Assembly (NCBI GenBank): GCA_900088475.1
Contig: FLMG01001356.1
Span: 34,188-98,187, forward strand
Reading direction: 5' to 3'
DNA: 64,000 nucleotides
Source of the DNA: Hyphochytrium catenoides
Taxonomy: Eukaryota > Protista > Hyphochytriomycota
In this document: piece by piece, positions 1 to 13,263 of the stretch
How positions within the stretch are numbered: the first letter of the stretch is position 1
Layout: the number at the start of each line of letters is the position of its first letter
Translations under genes and position numbers: made by a program
The notes under the pieces: model-generated
Database searches by the model: none
What the model saw: the letters and a program-made list of their open reading frames with translations, nothing else
Told to the model about the DNA's origin: nothing

Positions 1-2552
1 CCCCTACCACTACCTGATTTGTCCCTTTCTCCATCTCTCTATCCTCGTTTGGTGCTCACCGCTTTTCTCAATGCAATTATAAGCTGTTCCTGAGGATTGA
101 CATGTACTGACGGCTGGTTCTGTATATTCTTGGCCCTTGTGGCATAGTTTAGGGTACTTAATGTCTCTTCCAGCATCGAACTGGCGGGAGAGCAGCAGGC
201 TACCATAAGGGTCTGGCTGTTCCCACCTGAGGAAAGTATTAGAAGAATAAATGTCAGGCACAGCTTACACCTAACCGATTCACAGATGCTGCCCTAAGAG
301 AGGCAAAAGAAAAGAGAGGAGACTGGACCTTGAGCATTGAGCTTAAGGAACAAGAGACAGAGATGAGACTCTAAGACACACTGCATAGATAGGAAAAAAG
401 AACAATGAGTGAGTAGTCGAAGATGTATATAGTATAGTAGGGGCAAAGATTAGAACTGGAATAGATCTTCTAAGGATAGGATAGCGAGTCAATTCAGCTT
501 CAGAGCTCAGTGCTAGATAGTAGTGGAAAACAGAAGGAAAAGTCTGCAAAAAGCAGAAACGTAAGACGTGAACTTTAGCAATAAAAGCAATAGGAAGTAA
601 GAGGTGTTGCCAACGGAAGTGCCAGCCAGTACCTAAAGAATCCATGAGGAGTTTAGTGAGCTTGCTATCCCTATAGGGTACGTGGTTCTTGTTGGCTTTC
701 GAGTCAGCAAGGAACGAGATGACCTTGCCCAAGGTGAAGAGAGATTTGTTGATGCTACCGGTCTCTTGCAGGTCAGTTGGCTTTGTATCCTTGATCCGCT
801 CACTTCAATAAGGCAAGGGTAGGTCAGAATCCACCTCATCCATACAAAGAGTAAGAGACTGAAGTGACGTGAACAAAGGACAAAGTATGGAGAAGATAGA
901 AATAATCCTGCACCCCTTGACAAACTCAGCTCGTTGCAGAAGGGTTGTCCGTCCTATATGAAGAATCCTGACCTGCCGGCAAGATCGACAAATGTGATCT
1001 TGCCATATTTCTGCACTAGGTGACCGTCATCCTTGTCAATCGACTCTGAGTCCAGGTACAGTGCCAGGAGACTGTGTGATCGGCTTGAGTCCTTGTTTAG
1101 GTTGTGAGATCCCACCCTGGAAGGGAACGAAGGTTAGATGTATAGGGCAAAGCCCGCACTTTAGCTCCTTTATAAACTCTTCCAAGGTGTCCACCACCGA
1201 CAGCCTCCTACCTTCTGTTCTTATGACCCTCCGCGACCACAGCCATTAAGTCGTCCAAGTTCTCACATGAGACAACAACCAGATCCTGACCTCCATCAAA
1301 GCCAAGGAGAAAAGTGGTTCAGGAGGTTCAAAGTCAAAGGAGAGGCAGGGAAGCGTTAGCAGCTGGGGGCAATTGCATGAAGCAGCAGGAAGTGAATATC
1401 AGCCATAAGGAAGACGCCGATATGGGTTACCTTGACAAAGAAGCCTGTTTGTTGGCCCCATCGGATTCCTAAAGGCTGCTGCGTGAAGTTGAGAAGGTCG
1501 TACACCTGCAGAGGGCCCCAGAGAGTTAGGCATTCCTCTTCTCTGGCATTATGTATCCCCCATAAGAGTCATTCATCTTGTGTGAGGCACGTCTACAGCA
1601 GCCGTACCCTCTGTCTTCTCCTCACCCTCTTCAGACATCTTTCGTTTTTGTAGAGCCACGAACCACGTTGTCCTGACTCTATCTGTCCGCCTTTTCAACA
1701 GACCTGTTCGTTATAGATCTCACAGTAGGAGGCCCTTATCGAATATTTGACAACTCCGCCCTCTTGCAGACTCTGTACCGAGTCAAAGATAAATCGCATT
1801 GCCCGCGGGATAATCCCATCACTGTCTTCATTCTGGCCCTTGGACCGAGATTCGTCACCTGCTGTCAGAGATTCATTTAAGACGCACTGCTATGTCTCCT
1901 TGACCCTCTTGCATCATCGTTGATCGCTACTCGTCAGAGGGTCTCAGCCCGCTAAAGTCCTTCTTCTTCCCTTGTCAATTTGCCAAACCACAAGGGCAGA
2001 CCAATAATCTTGGGTCTCCGCTACCTACTCACCAGGCTAGTAGGCTACTCACCAAGCTTCTCCTCTAGCCCTGACATGCTGTAGGTCTTGCCTGACCCTG
2101 TCTGCCCATAAGCGAAAACAGTGGCATTGTACCCGTCAAGGGCGGCGAGGATGAGATCTTTCACTCCTGAGTAAGAGAAAAACTCTTCCTGGCTAACTGA
2201 GGGAGCCGCACACCAATCAAAGCTGAAGGGCTTCAGAACCTCTCGACCAGCGTTGGTGGATGTCAGCACCTGTTCAAAGGAGAGAGAGACGTCCGTTAGA
2301 ACAAGCAAAATGTCAAGCCATCCTAGTAACTACGGAGAGCTCAAGGTAAAGGGCAAGATAGGGCAGCGATATGAAGGACATAGAGTCCATTGTATATAGA
2401 TACTATCGCGATGAGAGGCGGTGGAGGGATGAATGAAAAGAGAGAGAGAAGGAATAACAAAAAGAAAGAGAGAAAGTGAAGCGAGGGAGAGAGGCAGGAG
2501 GAGAAGACGAGAAAAGAGAGAGTAAGAGAGAAATAGAGAAAAGAAAAAAAAA

Positions 2553-2600
<48 letters not shown>

Positions 2601-3118
2601 CAGTTTAAGGACGGTACGACTTCTCTCATTCGATTCCGACCTTGAGCTCCTTAGCTTGCCCCGTGTCAGTGAGTATGACGTCGACATCGCCACGGGCCTT
2701 CTCATTCTCATTACAGGGCCGGAGCCGAGTTATGACCCGAACTCTGGAGTTAGGGAGAGCGAGGGCGAAGCTTCAATGAGTATTTCCACTAAAATGTGAT
2801 ACAAAGGACGGGAAGCGGCGCAGAGTAATGGCGAAGAGGGGCAACGATGTAAGAAAGGCCAACACGGACATGGCCGTAGTTCTTTTCTGAATGTAAGAGA
2901 AAGGTACAACCCAGGTCCTACCTGGAGGAGACGTGTCCCCGCTCGCTAGTGACATCTTCCTGGTCATCCTCTGCTTTCGTCGTTTTAGACGCAACTGGGC
3001 CGTTTCCAGGCGGTTTGGACGATCGAGAACTTCTCTTAGAGTTGGCACTGTCACCTCTCTCTTTGGAACCATGAGCAGCCACATTTTGCGCCTGCTGCTG
3101 AGAAGGTGGAGGCCCCAT
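1..3118 (-). CDS. KIF12: Kinesin motor protein, KIF12/kinesin-16-like (multi-exon; 3' part runs off the left edge; start uncertain)
   Basis: Spliced exons give [23 protein letters not shown] (P-loop), [22 protein letters not shown] (KIF12-like), NKDSSRSHS (switch I), VDLAG/SER (switch II), [18 protein letters not shown] and [15 protein letters not shown]. Confidence 0.9.
2440..2597. repeat. (AG)n/purine-rich microsatellite inside a kinesin intron
   Basis: Run of GAGAGA directly visible; produces spurious LSLS/ERER ORFs. Confidence 0.9.
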
Positions 3119-3803
3119 GCCTTGCCTTCCTTCTTCAATATCCTACCCTCTCTGCTCGACCCGCTCTTCAATTTGGGACGTCCTCATCGTTCTACATGGA
3201 CATCTTCAAAGGAGCTTCCTACCTTGGGCATTTGCTGAAGCTCCATCCTTACAGTCTTGGGGCCAAGCTGTTACAAGGCATGACACCGCTGTGGCGATCG
3301 ACATAATAGCTTAAAGGGGAAAGGAGGCCCAGGCAAGCGAGACGACGGCAGGCTTGCCTGTTCGGCTGCTGGGCTGTGGACGAGCCATCAGTCCTCCGTC
3401 CTCAAGGCTCTCGCTCTGCGCTGTTCCGCGTCTTCAGTTCCTGTAACCTTTCGATTCACATCAACGCCTACCGGGATTACGAATTATCATTGAAATATTC
3501 CGGGAAATAACTATATAAGAGTCTGATTATCGGAAATACAACCCCTGCAAGTCATCAGTCACACAAAGGCTCCCATCCCTCAATAGAGAGAAGGCAGACG
3601 AAGGCGCTCACAGATGATCGACACCGAAGCAAGCGAGGCAGAAGATCAAGGATAGCTGTTAAGCCGTGGACGTCCTACTGTCGATCGTAGCGAGGACAAG
3701 GATGGATATATAACTCTGATATTTTCTGGTTAGCGATAAAATGGGGTGTGAGGTGGATTGACGTTTTAGGCCCTGCAGATGATCTGCCGCCCAAAGCTAA
3801 CCA

Positions 3804-6351
3804 TTAGTACCTACTGCTGCGCTCCCTAGGGCGATCGCGGTAGCCTGCATCCTCTTCTGGATGGCGATCGCGGTAGGAGCGTTCATAGTAGTCATCGCGG
3901 TGAGAAGAGCGAGGAGGGGGATAATCATCATAACGACGCTCTCTTTCTCGTTCTCTGTCTCTTGGCGCTTCGTAGTAGGGGTCTCTGCTGTCGCGGTCAC
4001 GCCCATCGCGATAGTCTTTGGCTCCTGAACGCTGGGACCCTCCATAGTCATACCGGTCGCGATAGTCTCGGTCCATGTCTGCGCGAGACCCATAGCCTCT
4101 GTCTCTGCTTCTGGATCGTCGGTAGGAAGAAGGCGGAGGATTCCTTCCTGCCCTTTCACGGCTTCTCCCTCTCCCGGAAGGTTCTTGTGAACGAAAAACA
4201 GTAATCAGGGAAATCTATAGACAACGTCGAGATGAGGAAGAAAGGCAACAAATTCCAAGACATACCTCGCCTCCTAGGTGGAGATCGGGAGCGGCTTGAG
4301 CGCCGGCGGCCCCTATCACTGAGGAAAAGAAGGGGTACAAGCGAGCGGGGTTGGTAAGGTAGTGGACGTTGAAGGCCGAAAGGCAGAGGGAAGGCCATGG
4401 ATAAGGTGGTTGATGACGTTGCGTGAGAGAATAACGTAGGAGAATAGCGATGGCAACAGTTTGCGATGCAAACGCAGGAAGTGGCAGGTGACGAGGACTA
4501 TCAGCGCTATAGAGCGTAGTTCGGGTTGGCGATGGACGGACTGCGATGGTAGACGAGGTAAGGGCCCCTGTAAGGCTCAAGGTAGGTCGATGGCGCCTGG
4601 GGGCGGCACGTTGGATACCGACGTGCTGATGCCAGTAAGTGGGAGAGGCGAAGGACAGATCGATGACAAATGGCTCAGGGCGAATCGATGACAGATGGCT
4701 CCAAAGCACCCCATGCGGAAGACCTTAGCCCCTACAGGGAGTCTCGCCAGACGGCTGGTTCACGGTGGATGGCTGTCATACCTCTTGCTGCTCAACTGTT
4801 TGGAGGCGAACTCGACAGTAATGGTGTCGCCCTTCAAAAGTGAGTTGTTGGTCTCCTTTTGAGCTCTAATGGAGTCTTCCAGATCGTTGAACTCAATAAA
4901 GGCGAAGTTCCGAGTCACCTCGCACTGAGCAGGAGAAAGATAAGTAAGCTAATAGGAATGCGCCATGTACCGAAAAGTACAGCAATGAAGGGTCTATCCC
5001 GACATAGAGGGAGTGAGATAAAGAGGTACAGAGGCAGAGACATGTATGAGGCAGATACAGGCATCAGGCAGCATGTGGAGAGCAAACTTTGGGCAATGGT
5101 AATCAATGGCTACGGTTGAAGACTGTGAGAGGCGACATATATCAGTCAGATGAAGGCCCACAAAGACCACAGCTTAGGCAGAGAGACCTCATCCTCAACG
5201 TAGGAACCTACCCGCTGAAGGCTACCATATGAGCGATATAATTCTCTCAAGTCTCTCTCGTCAGTCCTTCTAGGGTCAAAGTTGACCACAAACAGAGTTT
5301 TGTTGGGTTGCATCTCACCACGTCGACGCTCTTGCTCGCGTCTAGGAACACTACGAGTCAGTTCGCCGCTCATCAAGGAAGATGATAGCCGAATGGGAAT
5401 CCAGGAACACCAAGGACTGGAAGCGGATGAATGTTATCCATACCTGCGGACAGGTCCGTCGCCCTTGGCGAATTCTACCCTAAGATTCTTGCTAAACGTC
5501 TGCGAGCCATTGAGCTTTTCCACGACACCTTCGAGGTTGTCTGTGCGATGTGCGTATACAAAAGCGTATCCCTTCTTCATGTCTGTCATCAGGCAGCGTC
5601 AGATTACCTTTCACAAAAGGTGTAGCAAATATAGCAGTAGAAGATTCAAGGACAACGGAGCTGATGGCCCGTAATGAACGCCTTGGAAGTCAAAGGCGGA
5701 TAAAAGAGTGGCAATAAGCGAAGAAAAGACATCGCGGAGACAGATCTTGAGCACAGCTTACCGACACGCTTGACTTTTGCCCCTTGATCCTCAAATGCTC
5801 TCTGAAGATCTATGCCCCGGGTATCAATATCAAAGTTCCCAATGAACACAGCACGGGTGTCATCTTCGTCATTGTTACTGTGTGTCTGTCCAGAGAAGAG
5901 AGTCACAGAACATGAGCCAAATTCTCCATGCAATCAGAGCGGGACGAGCACAGAGCTCTTAAGTGAGGCTGGCAAGCGGGTAAGAGGCTTAGAGTTACGA
6001 GGACTACGAGTAAGTATGAACATGAGACATGTAAGGTAAGCGAAACAAAGGAGGGTAAGAGAGAGGTTTCAAGTGAGAACGCCTTAGCATTGAAACAGCG
6101 GTTGCGGGCCCTACCGACGAAGGAGCGTTCCTAGCCTCTGCTTTAGGATCGTCCCGATTTCTGGGGATTTCTCCTCGCTCCGGACGGTCATCCATTTGTG
6201 AGTCCTGCGATTGCGCTCTGCCTCGAGCAGGAGACCCCTCCCTGGAGCTTGGAGGATCAGGAGATTCTCTGCCTAAGCTACGTCTGCGATCTGGAGAGGG
6301 AGATCGTGATCGAGATCGTGAGCGGTCATCAACTTCTGGAGAGCTGCTCAT
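3804..6351 (-). CDS. Two-RRM arginine/serine-rich splicing factor, plant RS31/RS40-like (multi-exon)
   Basis: RRM1 AVFIGNFD...DMKKGYAFVY...LRVEFAKGDG; RRM2 PNKTLFVVNFDP...RNFAFIEF...ITVEFA; RS-rich N-terminus and RD/RS-rich C-terminus. Confidence 0.85.
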
Positions 6352-7246
6352 CGTGCCTCTGCTAAACTACCGCCTCTGTCCTCAAGCACCCTCTTCTGGT
6401 TAGAAAAGACTTATGCTTGGGCCAAGGATGATAGATAATAAACAAGGATGTATAGGGAAGCCGCGGGAGCTGGCGTCAATGAAGTCAGCGCCGTCTATGT
6501 GGGCTCAGTGCTCGGAGTCTTCACATACAAGCTTTAGAGAGACTTCGGATCTTCGATCTCTGTGATGAAATCTCCGCATTGCTGCCCAAATGTGTACCAT
6601 TTTGCAAGACAGAGTGAGATAGTGAGATTCAGAGACATCATGACCTCAAAGCAAAAATAGCGGGGTCTTTTTGCTCAAGAACCGAGACAGACTGCACTTA
6701 GAGATATTGCAGACATAGAGGCCCACACAGAGAAAATACAGAGACACAGCCCCCAGCGCCGCACAGCTCGATCTGCATTATTAATCCTCCTCGATAACCG
6801 CTGAAGCCCTATCCTCCTCACACGGAGACGGAGCGTATTACAGTAACACTCCTTATCGGATAACCAGGCAGGATTCTTTCACTCTCACTGTCAGGCTACT
6901 CCGAAATAGGGTTTCACTGTATTTACCTATGGGTGTTCGAGAACGAGGGCATCACAACATTGATCTTCGTCAGAATCCGATCCTCATGATCTTCAAACTC
7001 TTTCTTCTCGTTTTATAAATCATCAGCACAGAGAGCGCTCAACAACAGATGGACAGATGCAAGCTTGGGCAAGATAGAAGGAGGAGACAAGAATGATGAG
7101 AAACCGAGCAGGTGGAAATCTCCTCGTCACATACTGTTGGCTTTATTGTACAATATGATAGCGTCGCAGGGATAGCTAACTACTGAGTAAGAAGCTAGGG
7201 GAAGCTTACCTCATCGTATCCCTGCAAGCGGGGAGCCTGCATAAGA

Positions 7247-9074
7247 ATGGAAGAGACTGTGGAGGATAGGCCTGATGCTCTTAGCTCGCCAAGAGTTAGA
7301 CTCTCGGAAGGAGTAGACGATGAGGAAGGCAACAGTGCTATGAACCCAGAACAGGAGGAGCACCAACAACATGAGGTGGAGATAATAACACCAGCGGATG
7401 TAGTGGAGGTTGATGCAGAGGAAGAAGTATGTGCACTTGACGCTTTATTCACTGCGTCTCTTGAAGTACTCTAACCATATGATAGGCATTCTTTTACGTG
7501 GGCACACGGGGCAAAAAGGTGAACAAAATAGCCGGCCTGGAGACACATACGCAACTCAAGGTGAGATGATATCCTTGATGAATACAACGTCTAGTCGCAT
7601 CCGTACCAAAGTGCCAACGGATAGCTTGAGATAAAAGCAATGCAGCGAGAGACTTACTATTCATGGGGAAGCAACACTCTATCTAAAGAGGAACTTTACG
7701 GAACAAACCGACAACAGAACAAATAGAAGACGGGGAGGCGAAAGAGATAATGAATCATGCCCAACGGAATATTCTCTTTGGACGCTAATGTATCCTATAA
7801 CAGACGCTAGTCCTGAGGTCTAATAACATTACAAAGATGGAGGGCTTATCAGCTCTAACGAATCTGACGATGCTGGAGCTCAACGATAACCAACTTCGGA
7901 AGATCCAAGACTATCAAACCCTAAGCCAGCTGACAATACTGGATGTTTCCTACAATCAGATCCGGCACATACCAGACCTCAGCTGCCTGACCCAGCTGCA
8001 AGAGCTCTACGTGGCGACCAACAAGCTGACAGAAATCGCCGGAATCGAGGAGTTGAAAGAGCTAAAGAAACTAGATCTAGGAGGGAATAGGATCAGGGTA
8101 AGAACCGGAAAGACTTGGACGGTGAAAATGTGCCTGCTGAACATGTAGTCCAGACTATCTCAGGCCTGGCCAAGCTAACAAGGCTGGAAGAGTTATGGTT
8201 GGGGAAGAACAAGATCGCAGAGATTGAGGTCAGTTACCTATCTGATGGCTTACCTGTCTCCTGGTCTACTCGGTTGCTTATTAGCTAACCCCAACAGGGC
8301 TTAGACGGTCTGCACGCGTTAAAAAGGCTAAGTATTCAGGTCAGTTGCCTTCTATGGAGAATTGACAACAAATAATAAGATGAATAAGACCTAACACCCT
8401 CACCCTACTTCATAGAGCAACCGCGTCACTAAGATCACAGGACTTCTAGCTCTCAGAGCTTTAGAAGAGCTCTATCTGAGCCACAATGGCATTGAGCGGT
8501 TAGAAGGACTTGATAACCTGGTAAGAGATGGCCCTGAAAGGTATAATGTGCTTTGATGTACTCACCTTCCTCTTTAGAGAGAGTTAAATACTATAGACCT
8601 CGGAGTGAACCGGATCAGCGCGATAGAGAATATAGGCCACTTAGCTAAACTTACAGACCTCTGGGTAAGCCGTTAGGCCTCTGGAATGTACTCTATATCT
8701 AGGTTCTCATGGCTACTGTTCATGATCTGCAAAGATGAATGGGAACAAGGTCGCCACGTTTGAGGAAGTAGAAAAGCTAAGACCGCTGACCAATCTAGCA
8801 ACGATTTATCTAGAGCACAACCCTCTCGCTGAGTAAGTCAGAAATCTTTGGCAGGGTGTTCATTCTATGATTCACTGTTTCCCTCTCTATCTTGTCCCGT
8901 CGTACACTTGTGATGCCACGTTGGTCCCTACTGATCACCATCCCTCTACTACCCGTTGCCTCCATCGTCAACAGAGACTTCGAGTACCGCAAACGCATCA
9001 CACAGATCCTACCACAGGTGACACAGATAGATGCCGACCCCGTTCATCGCCTTCCCGTTCAGCACCCAGTCTAG
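7247..9074 (+). CDS. PPP1R7: Protein phosphatase 1 regulatory subunit 7 (Sds22), LRR protein (multi-exon)
   Basis: SDS22-type LRRs (LELNDNQLRKI, LDVSYNQIRHI, LDLGGNRIR, LWLGKNKI, LYLSHNGI, IYLEHNPL) and LRR cap DFEYRKRITQILPQVTQIDA. Confidence 0.9.
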
Positions 9075-9549
9075 ATATGAGGGGGGGCCAGCACGGCTAC
9101 CTAGACACTTGAGGTGCCTCTTCATTATTTATGCAGTACCTTTGAAGGATTAGGTACTATCAGTACCGTTGCGACAATGGATAGAGCGACCATAACAAGA
9201 GCGAGGCAGGAGATTCTTGTTTCAGAGGGCTTTGGATACGAAACATGCGGACGAAAGCACCACCAAGAAGCTCTATAAAGGTGGTTCTGCAAGTCTCCTT
9301 GTGTGCCTGAAATCTGTTCCTAATAAGGGTTCACGGCCTTCCATCGACTTCGGGTAGACTAAACCATTAAGGGTCACTTTTTAAGAGAGGACTTCAATAA
9401 GATTGATCCTCACGTGACCCGCCCATTGTATTTGGGATTGAGCTCAGTCTGAAGCACTCTTAGTTTCATGGGGGACTTTCTTCACGGGTAAAAGGCTACG
9501 CAATAACTATATTCCTTCAGGATGTCAACCCCTTGCTGCAGGCCATTTC

Positions 9550-10257
9550 AGCTAAGAACCTTTACCCTGTGCTAGCCAGAACTCCTCCTCTACCCATCCT
9601 ATGTCAATATCGTGCCATGGCCGACGCTACAGGAAGCTCCCCAGTCCGACTAATGATGGAAAGAGTGACCCATGATAGGAGGATCTGGTTCTGAACGGCA
9701 TAGGAGCCGCTGCTCCGCAAACCCACTGCGATACTTGATTAGAAGGTTGGCCCAACACTTATCAGTAGCACGTCCAATGAAGAGGTGCCCGAAGACACCG
9801 TCGCTGATAACCTTATTGAATACGACCATGGGAGATCTTGGTAGAGTTCTGCATCATAGATGGAAACGATCTCCGATCGTCCGATGACCTTCTTCAACGC
9901 AGCTGATGTCTCTGCGTCATACAACCCGTCTTCATCTCCGGCTGCGCCGCTGGACTGATGATAGAGATAGTGCTTGGGCGGCTTCGGGCGCATTCCAAAG
10001 ATGTCCTTTGTTATTTACGGGCTGATCGCTAAAACCGCGCTTTCGACCGTTACTAATCTCGTTTTTCCACAAAGGTTTTGGGTGGGTACTTTCGGGTAAA
10101 AAGGCTTCCTATCAGTTATCTTGCCCCTCACTTTACTTCCTATCTTGGGATTGTCACTCCCACCAGCAGAGGAGCCGGGCCAACTCATCAGGAGGAAGGC
10201 GTGATAATAGGACCTCAGAGCTGCGAGTGAACTCAGGAGCAGGGCGAGCGAAGGCAT
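9550..10257 (-). CDS. Possible small spliced hypothetical gene
   Basis: Two in-frame ORF segments (10257-10015 and 9993-9739) separated by one TAA that a GT-AG intron could remove. No recognisable domain; boundaries uncertain. Confidence 0.25.
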
Positions 10258-10540
10258 CAGGGTAACTGAGGAGAAGAGTAGACGAGGATTAGCAGGAAGA
10301 CTCCTTCCTTCTTCTGTGGACGCAGGCTTTCAGAGGGATCTATCTACAAGCCGACTAAAGGTCGTGAGGAGCTGAGAGGAGTGCACCTTGCAGGTGATAG
10401 TGGTAAGAGATAGAATCCAAGAGACGGGAAGGACATAGGCAGGAGGTACGGAATATAGTCTCATGACAGACGGGAGACGCTTCACTTCCCATCTCTTGCG
10501 ATAGTCGGTCTGTCAAACAACTCCGCATTGCAAAAGGACG

Positions 10541-11727
10541 ATGGCTCCGTCCAACATAAACGCCAGTAGTAGAGGTAGGTTAGCAGAGATGCCAACTATA
10601 TACTGTCACAGTCTGATCGTATACGGCAGAGACATCCAAGCGAGGGGCTCGTGAGTTCTTGGGAGGCATCCTCGTCCTCGGGATTTCGATGTTTGTCCCT
10701 CTTACGTTCTATTTCGGAAAGAACTTAGGGATGTACTTACGATGGTCATGGACAGCTGAGCTAGTGCTACTGTGGCTGCTAAAAAGTGTCAGTTCTTTTT
10801 GTGCTATAGCTGGGCTTGCTCAGCTTGCTGGACAGAGGTAAACTTTGCGGTTCCTTTTCATAAGAGTTTTGTCGCAACCTAATTGTTCTTCTTATATACA
10901 GGATGAGAACAGCTTCGCTCATGAAGCTCGTCCTGTTGGTTGAGAGCCTAATCCTCCTACTCTTTGGCCTGTACTCATGGCCATTAAGTGTAAGGCAAGT
11001 CGTTGAACGCCAGATACCAGTCGCTATGGCTAGAGCGACTGCGTTAGAGTCAACATTTCAACAAATATGCTCCCTGTCAACCTGGAGTTATCCTGCTCTT
11101 CTACTTTTCACGACCAGTTGGATCTCTCTCAAGGGTAGGAAGAAAGAAGGCGCGCTTATCTCACAGCCGCCGAAAACTGCACCTCCAAGTCCAAGGCGGA
11201 AAGCTTCGAGCCATAACGGTATGAGACAATTTGGAGAATAGAGAGCCAATTGCGGACATACTAAACTGGCGTGGACGCTTGGACTTCACTTATCAACCTA
11301 GAATCTACGGCAGCGTTCAGTGCTCCTGCTAGTGGACATCCATCTGCTTCTGCTACTAACTTCCCCGATCCGTGTTTGCACAAATCATTTTTTGCATGCA
11401 GAGCACGAGGTCCCGGAGTTTGATGTCTCAGGTCCGATAGAGTTTCACTCGAAGTCTCGGTCAGGCGGACTTCATGGCTGGCGGACAGGAAGCCTACGAG
11501 TTTCAAGCGACATCGTGGAGATTTTCATGAAGGATAAACGATTTATCCATTGGAACATTAGAGAGATCGCATTCGCAGTCCGGGCAGACAAAGAGAACAC
11601 CTTTTCCATTGTAGCTCCAAAACGTGCGGTTAATGTTCGCTGCAAGAGCATTGAGGAGGTCCAGAATTGGATAGGTACATTGAGGATGATGCAGGTCCAT
11701 GCCGTCTCTACCCAGACCACATTGTAA
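10541..11727 (+). CDS. Hypothetical protein with several hydrophobic helices and a C-terminal PH-like domain (4 exons)
   Basis: Phase-consistent GT-AG introns; the last has a TACTAAC branch point at 11354-11360 and an acceptor at 11401. C-terminus ...VRCKSIEEVQNWIGTL resembles the PH-domain terminal helix. Confidence 0.55.
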
Positions 11728-12517
11728 ACTGTCCGGCTTTCATGACAAAACTCTTACTACGAAGTAGTAGTCTGCTATCGCTCAGGCCATGGAAGCCTTA
11801 GCTGGTATATTCTACTAGAAACAGGCCAAGCCGAAAGACAGTGCCTTGGCTGTACATCCTAGACGGGCTGGAACTCTTTTGGTCATCACCTAAGAGCAGC
11901 AGTCCGCCCGCATAAGGGATACCATCAGCAAGAACTTGAGATGTCAAAGTAAATTACCTCTGTTATCCACGTAATACCTCTATTATCAAAATATCCTGCC
12001 TTTGTCGGCCCTCTCAGTGATCCAAACGTGTGATGGACAACGACAGGGAAAGCGATGGTGCATAAGCTCTATAAGCATCGTTTGGCTTTACCTCCCAACC
12101 GCGCTGAGGAGGCGCTGACGACACACCCTTGCCGCAGAAAGCATCAAGTAGTGAGTCGCGCGAACCCCCTAGAGCAGCCATAAGACCTCTAGAAGGCGCA
12201 CACAGCCATGAGAGAGGAAGACTGGAGGCGCCAGTATCGGGCTTCCACCTCCAATCCTTGCGCCTTTGTCTCCTCCACTCCCGACGACGAAGCCGCTTCC
12301 TCACACAGGAAAGCACCTCGGCACTTCCCTTCCCTCTAACCCTAGAGAGTGCTGGGCGGTTACATTTGTGCATTAGGGTCGGAAGCTTTACAATATTGCT
12401 ATGTGTAATGAGCTTGGGTTGTATATAAGGGTCGGGCGAGTACTATTCTTGACCCCCATAAGAGCGCCTTCCCGCCACATCAGCCCCATCTTCTCCTCCT
12501 TTCCTCCCAGATCACCA

Positions 12518-12523
12518 CTCTCG

Positions 12524-12586
<63 letters not shown>

Positions 12587-12712
12587 TCTCTCTCTCGCTT
12601 TCTCTCTCTCTCTCACTCTCTCTCGGCTCTGCCAGGAGAGCTCCGGTTCTGATGCTCTGATGCCCCTCTGTCTCTTTGTCCTTCCTTGCCTTTCACTAGA
12701 CCTTTCTCTACT

Positions 12713-12742
<30 letters not shown>
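12518..12742. repeat. (CT)n microsatellite tract
   Basis: Directly visible. Confidence 0.9.
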
Positions 12743-12743
<1 letters not shown>

Positions 12744-13263
12744 TCGACGTCCCTTTTAGTCCCGCTCTCACTATCTTCCTCCTTGCTGTCATCTTCCTTC
12801 CCCGCCACCATAGGTTCTCACCCTTCCCCAGTGTTCCTCAGAGCATAGCTAAGAGTGTTACCGCCTACTTCTCATGTCACCTGCCCTTCTGCAGTTGATG
12901 GTCTCCTCTTATCCCTTGCGCTTCTTACGTTTACCAAGTCAGTGCCTAACCCTCATAAAGTCCGTGCGAAGTCCTCCCTATCGTTATGACCAGTCTCCCA
13001 TCCTTTAACGAATCCTCCACCACTCCTTCCTGGACTTCCTAGAAAATTGACTAGACTAGAATGATGGGTTTGGCGGAGATGTTGAGCTCTTCGCCTGCTA
13101 ACTGCTTTGGCTATCTTTGCCGGGCGAGCAGCAGCATCACCTGTCTTTCCCTTTATCGGCGCCGCCGCGAGTCTTCGCTCAATTCTCTACTTGCAGTGAC
13201 ATTATCGCTGCTGTCTAGAGGTGGAAATAGAAGATCCGTAGATCTCTATAGAAGCTGGTCAAG

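Noticed and set aside
2330-2799. ORFs rich in LSLS/ERER (also at 12401-12898, 26209-26737, 31327-31771, 40685-40903, 42650-42974, 62103-62624)
   Set aside because: Translations of (CT)n/(AG)n microsatellites, mostly intronic or intergenic.
9993-10017. In-frame TAA between two ORFs, suggesting stop-codon readthrough or an alternative genetic code
   Set aside because: A GT-AG intron can remove it, and TAA, TAG and TGA all act as normal stops in well-supported genes here.
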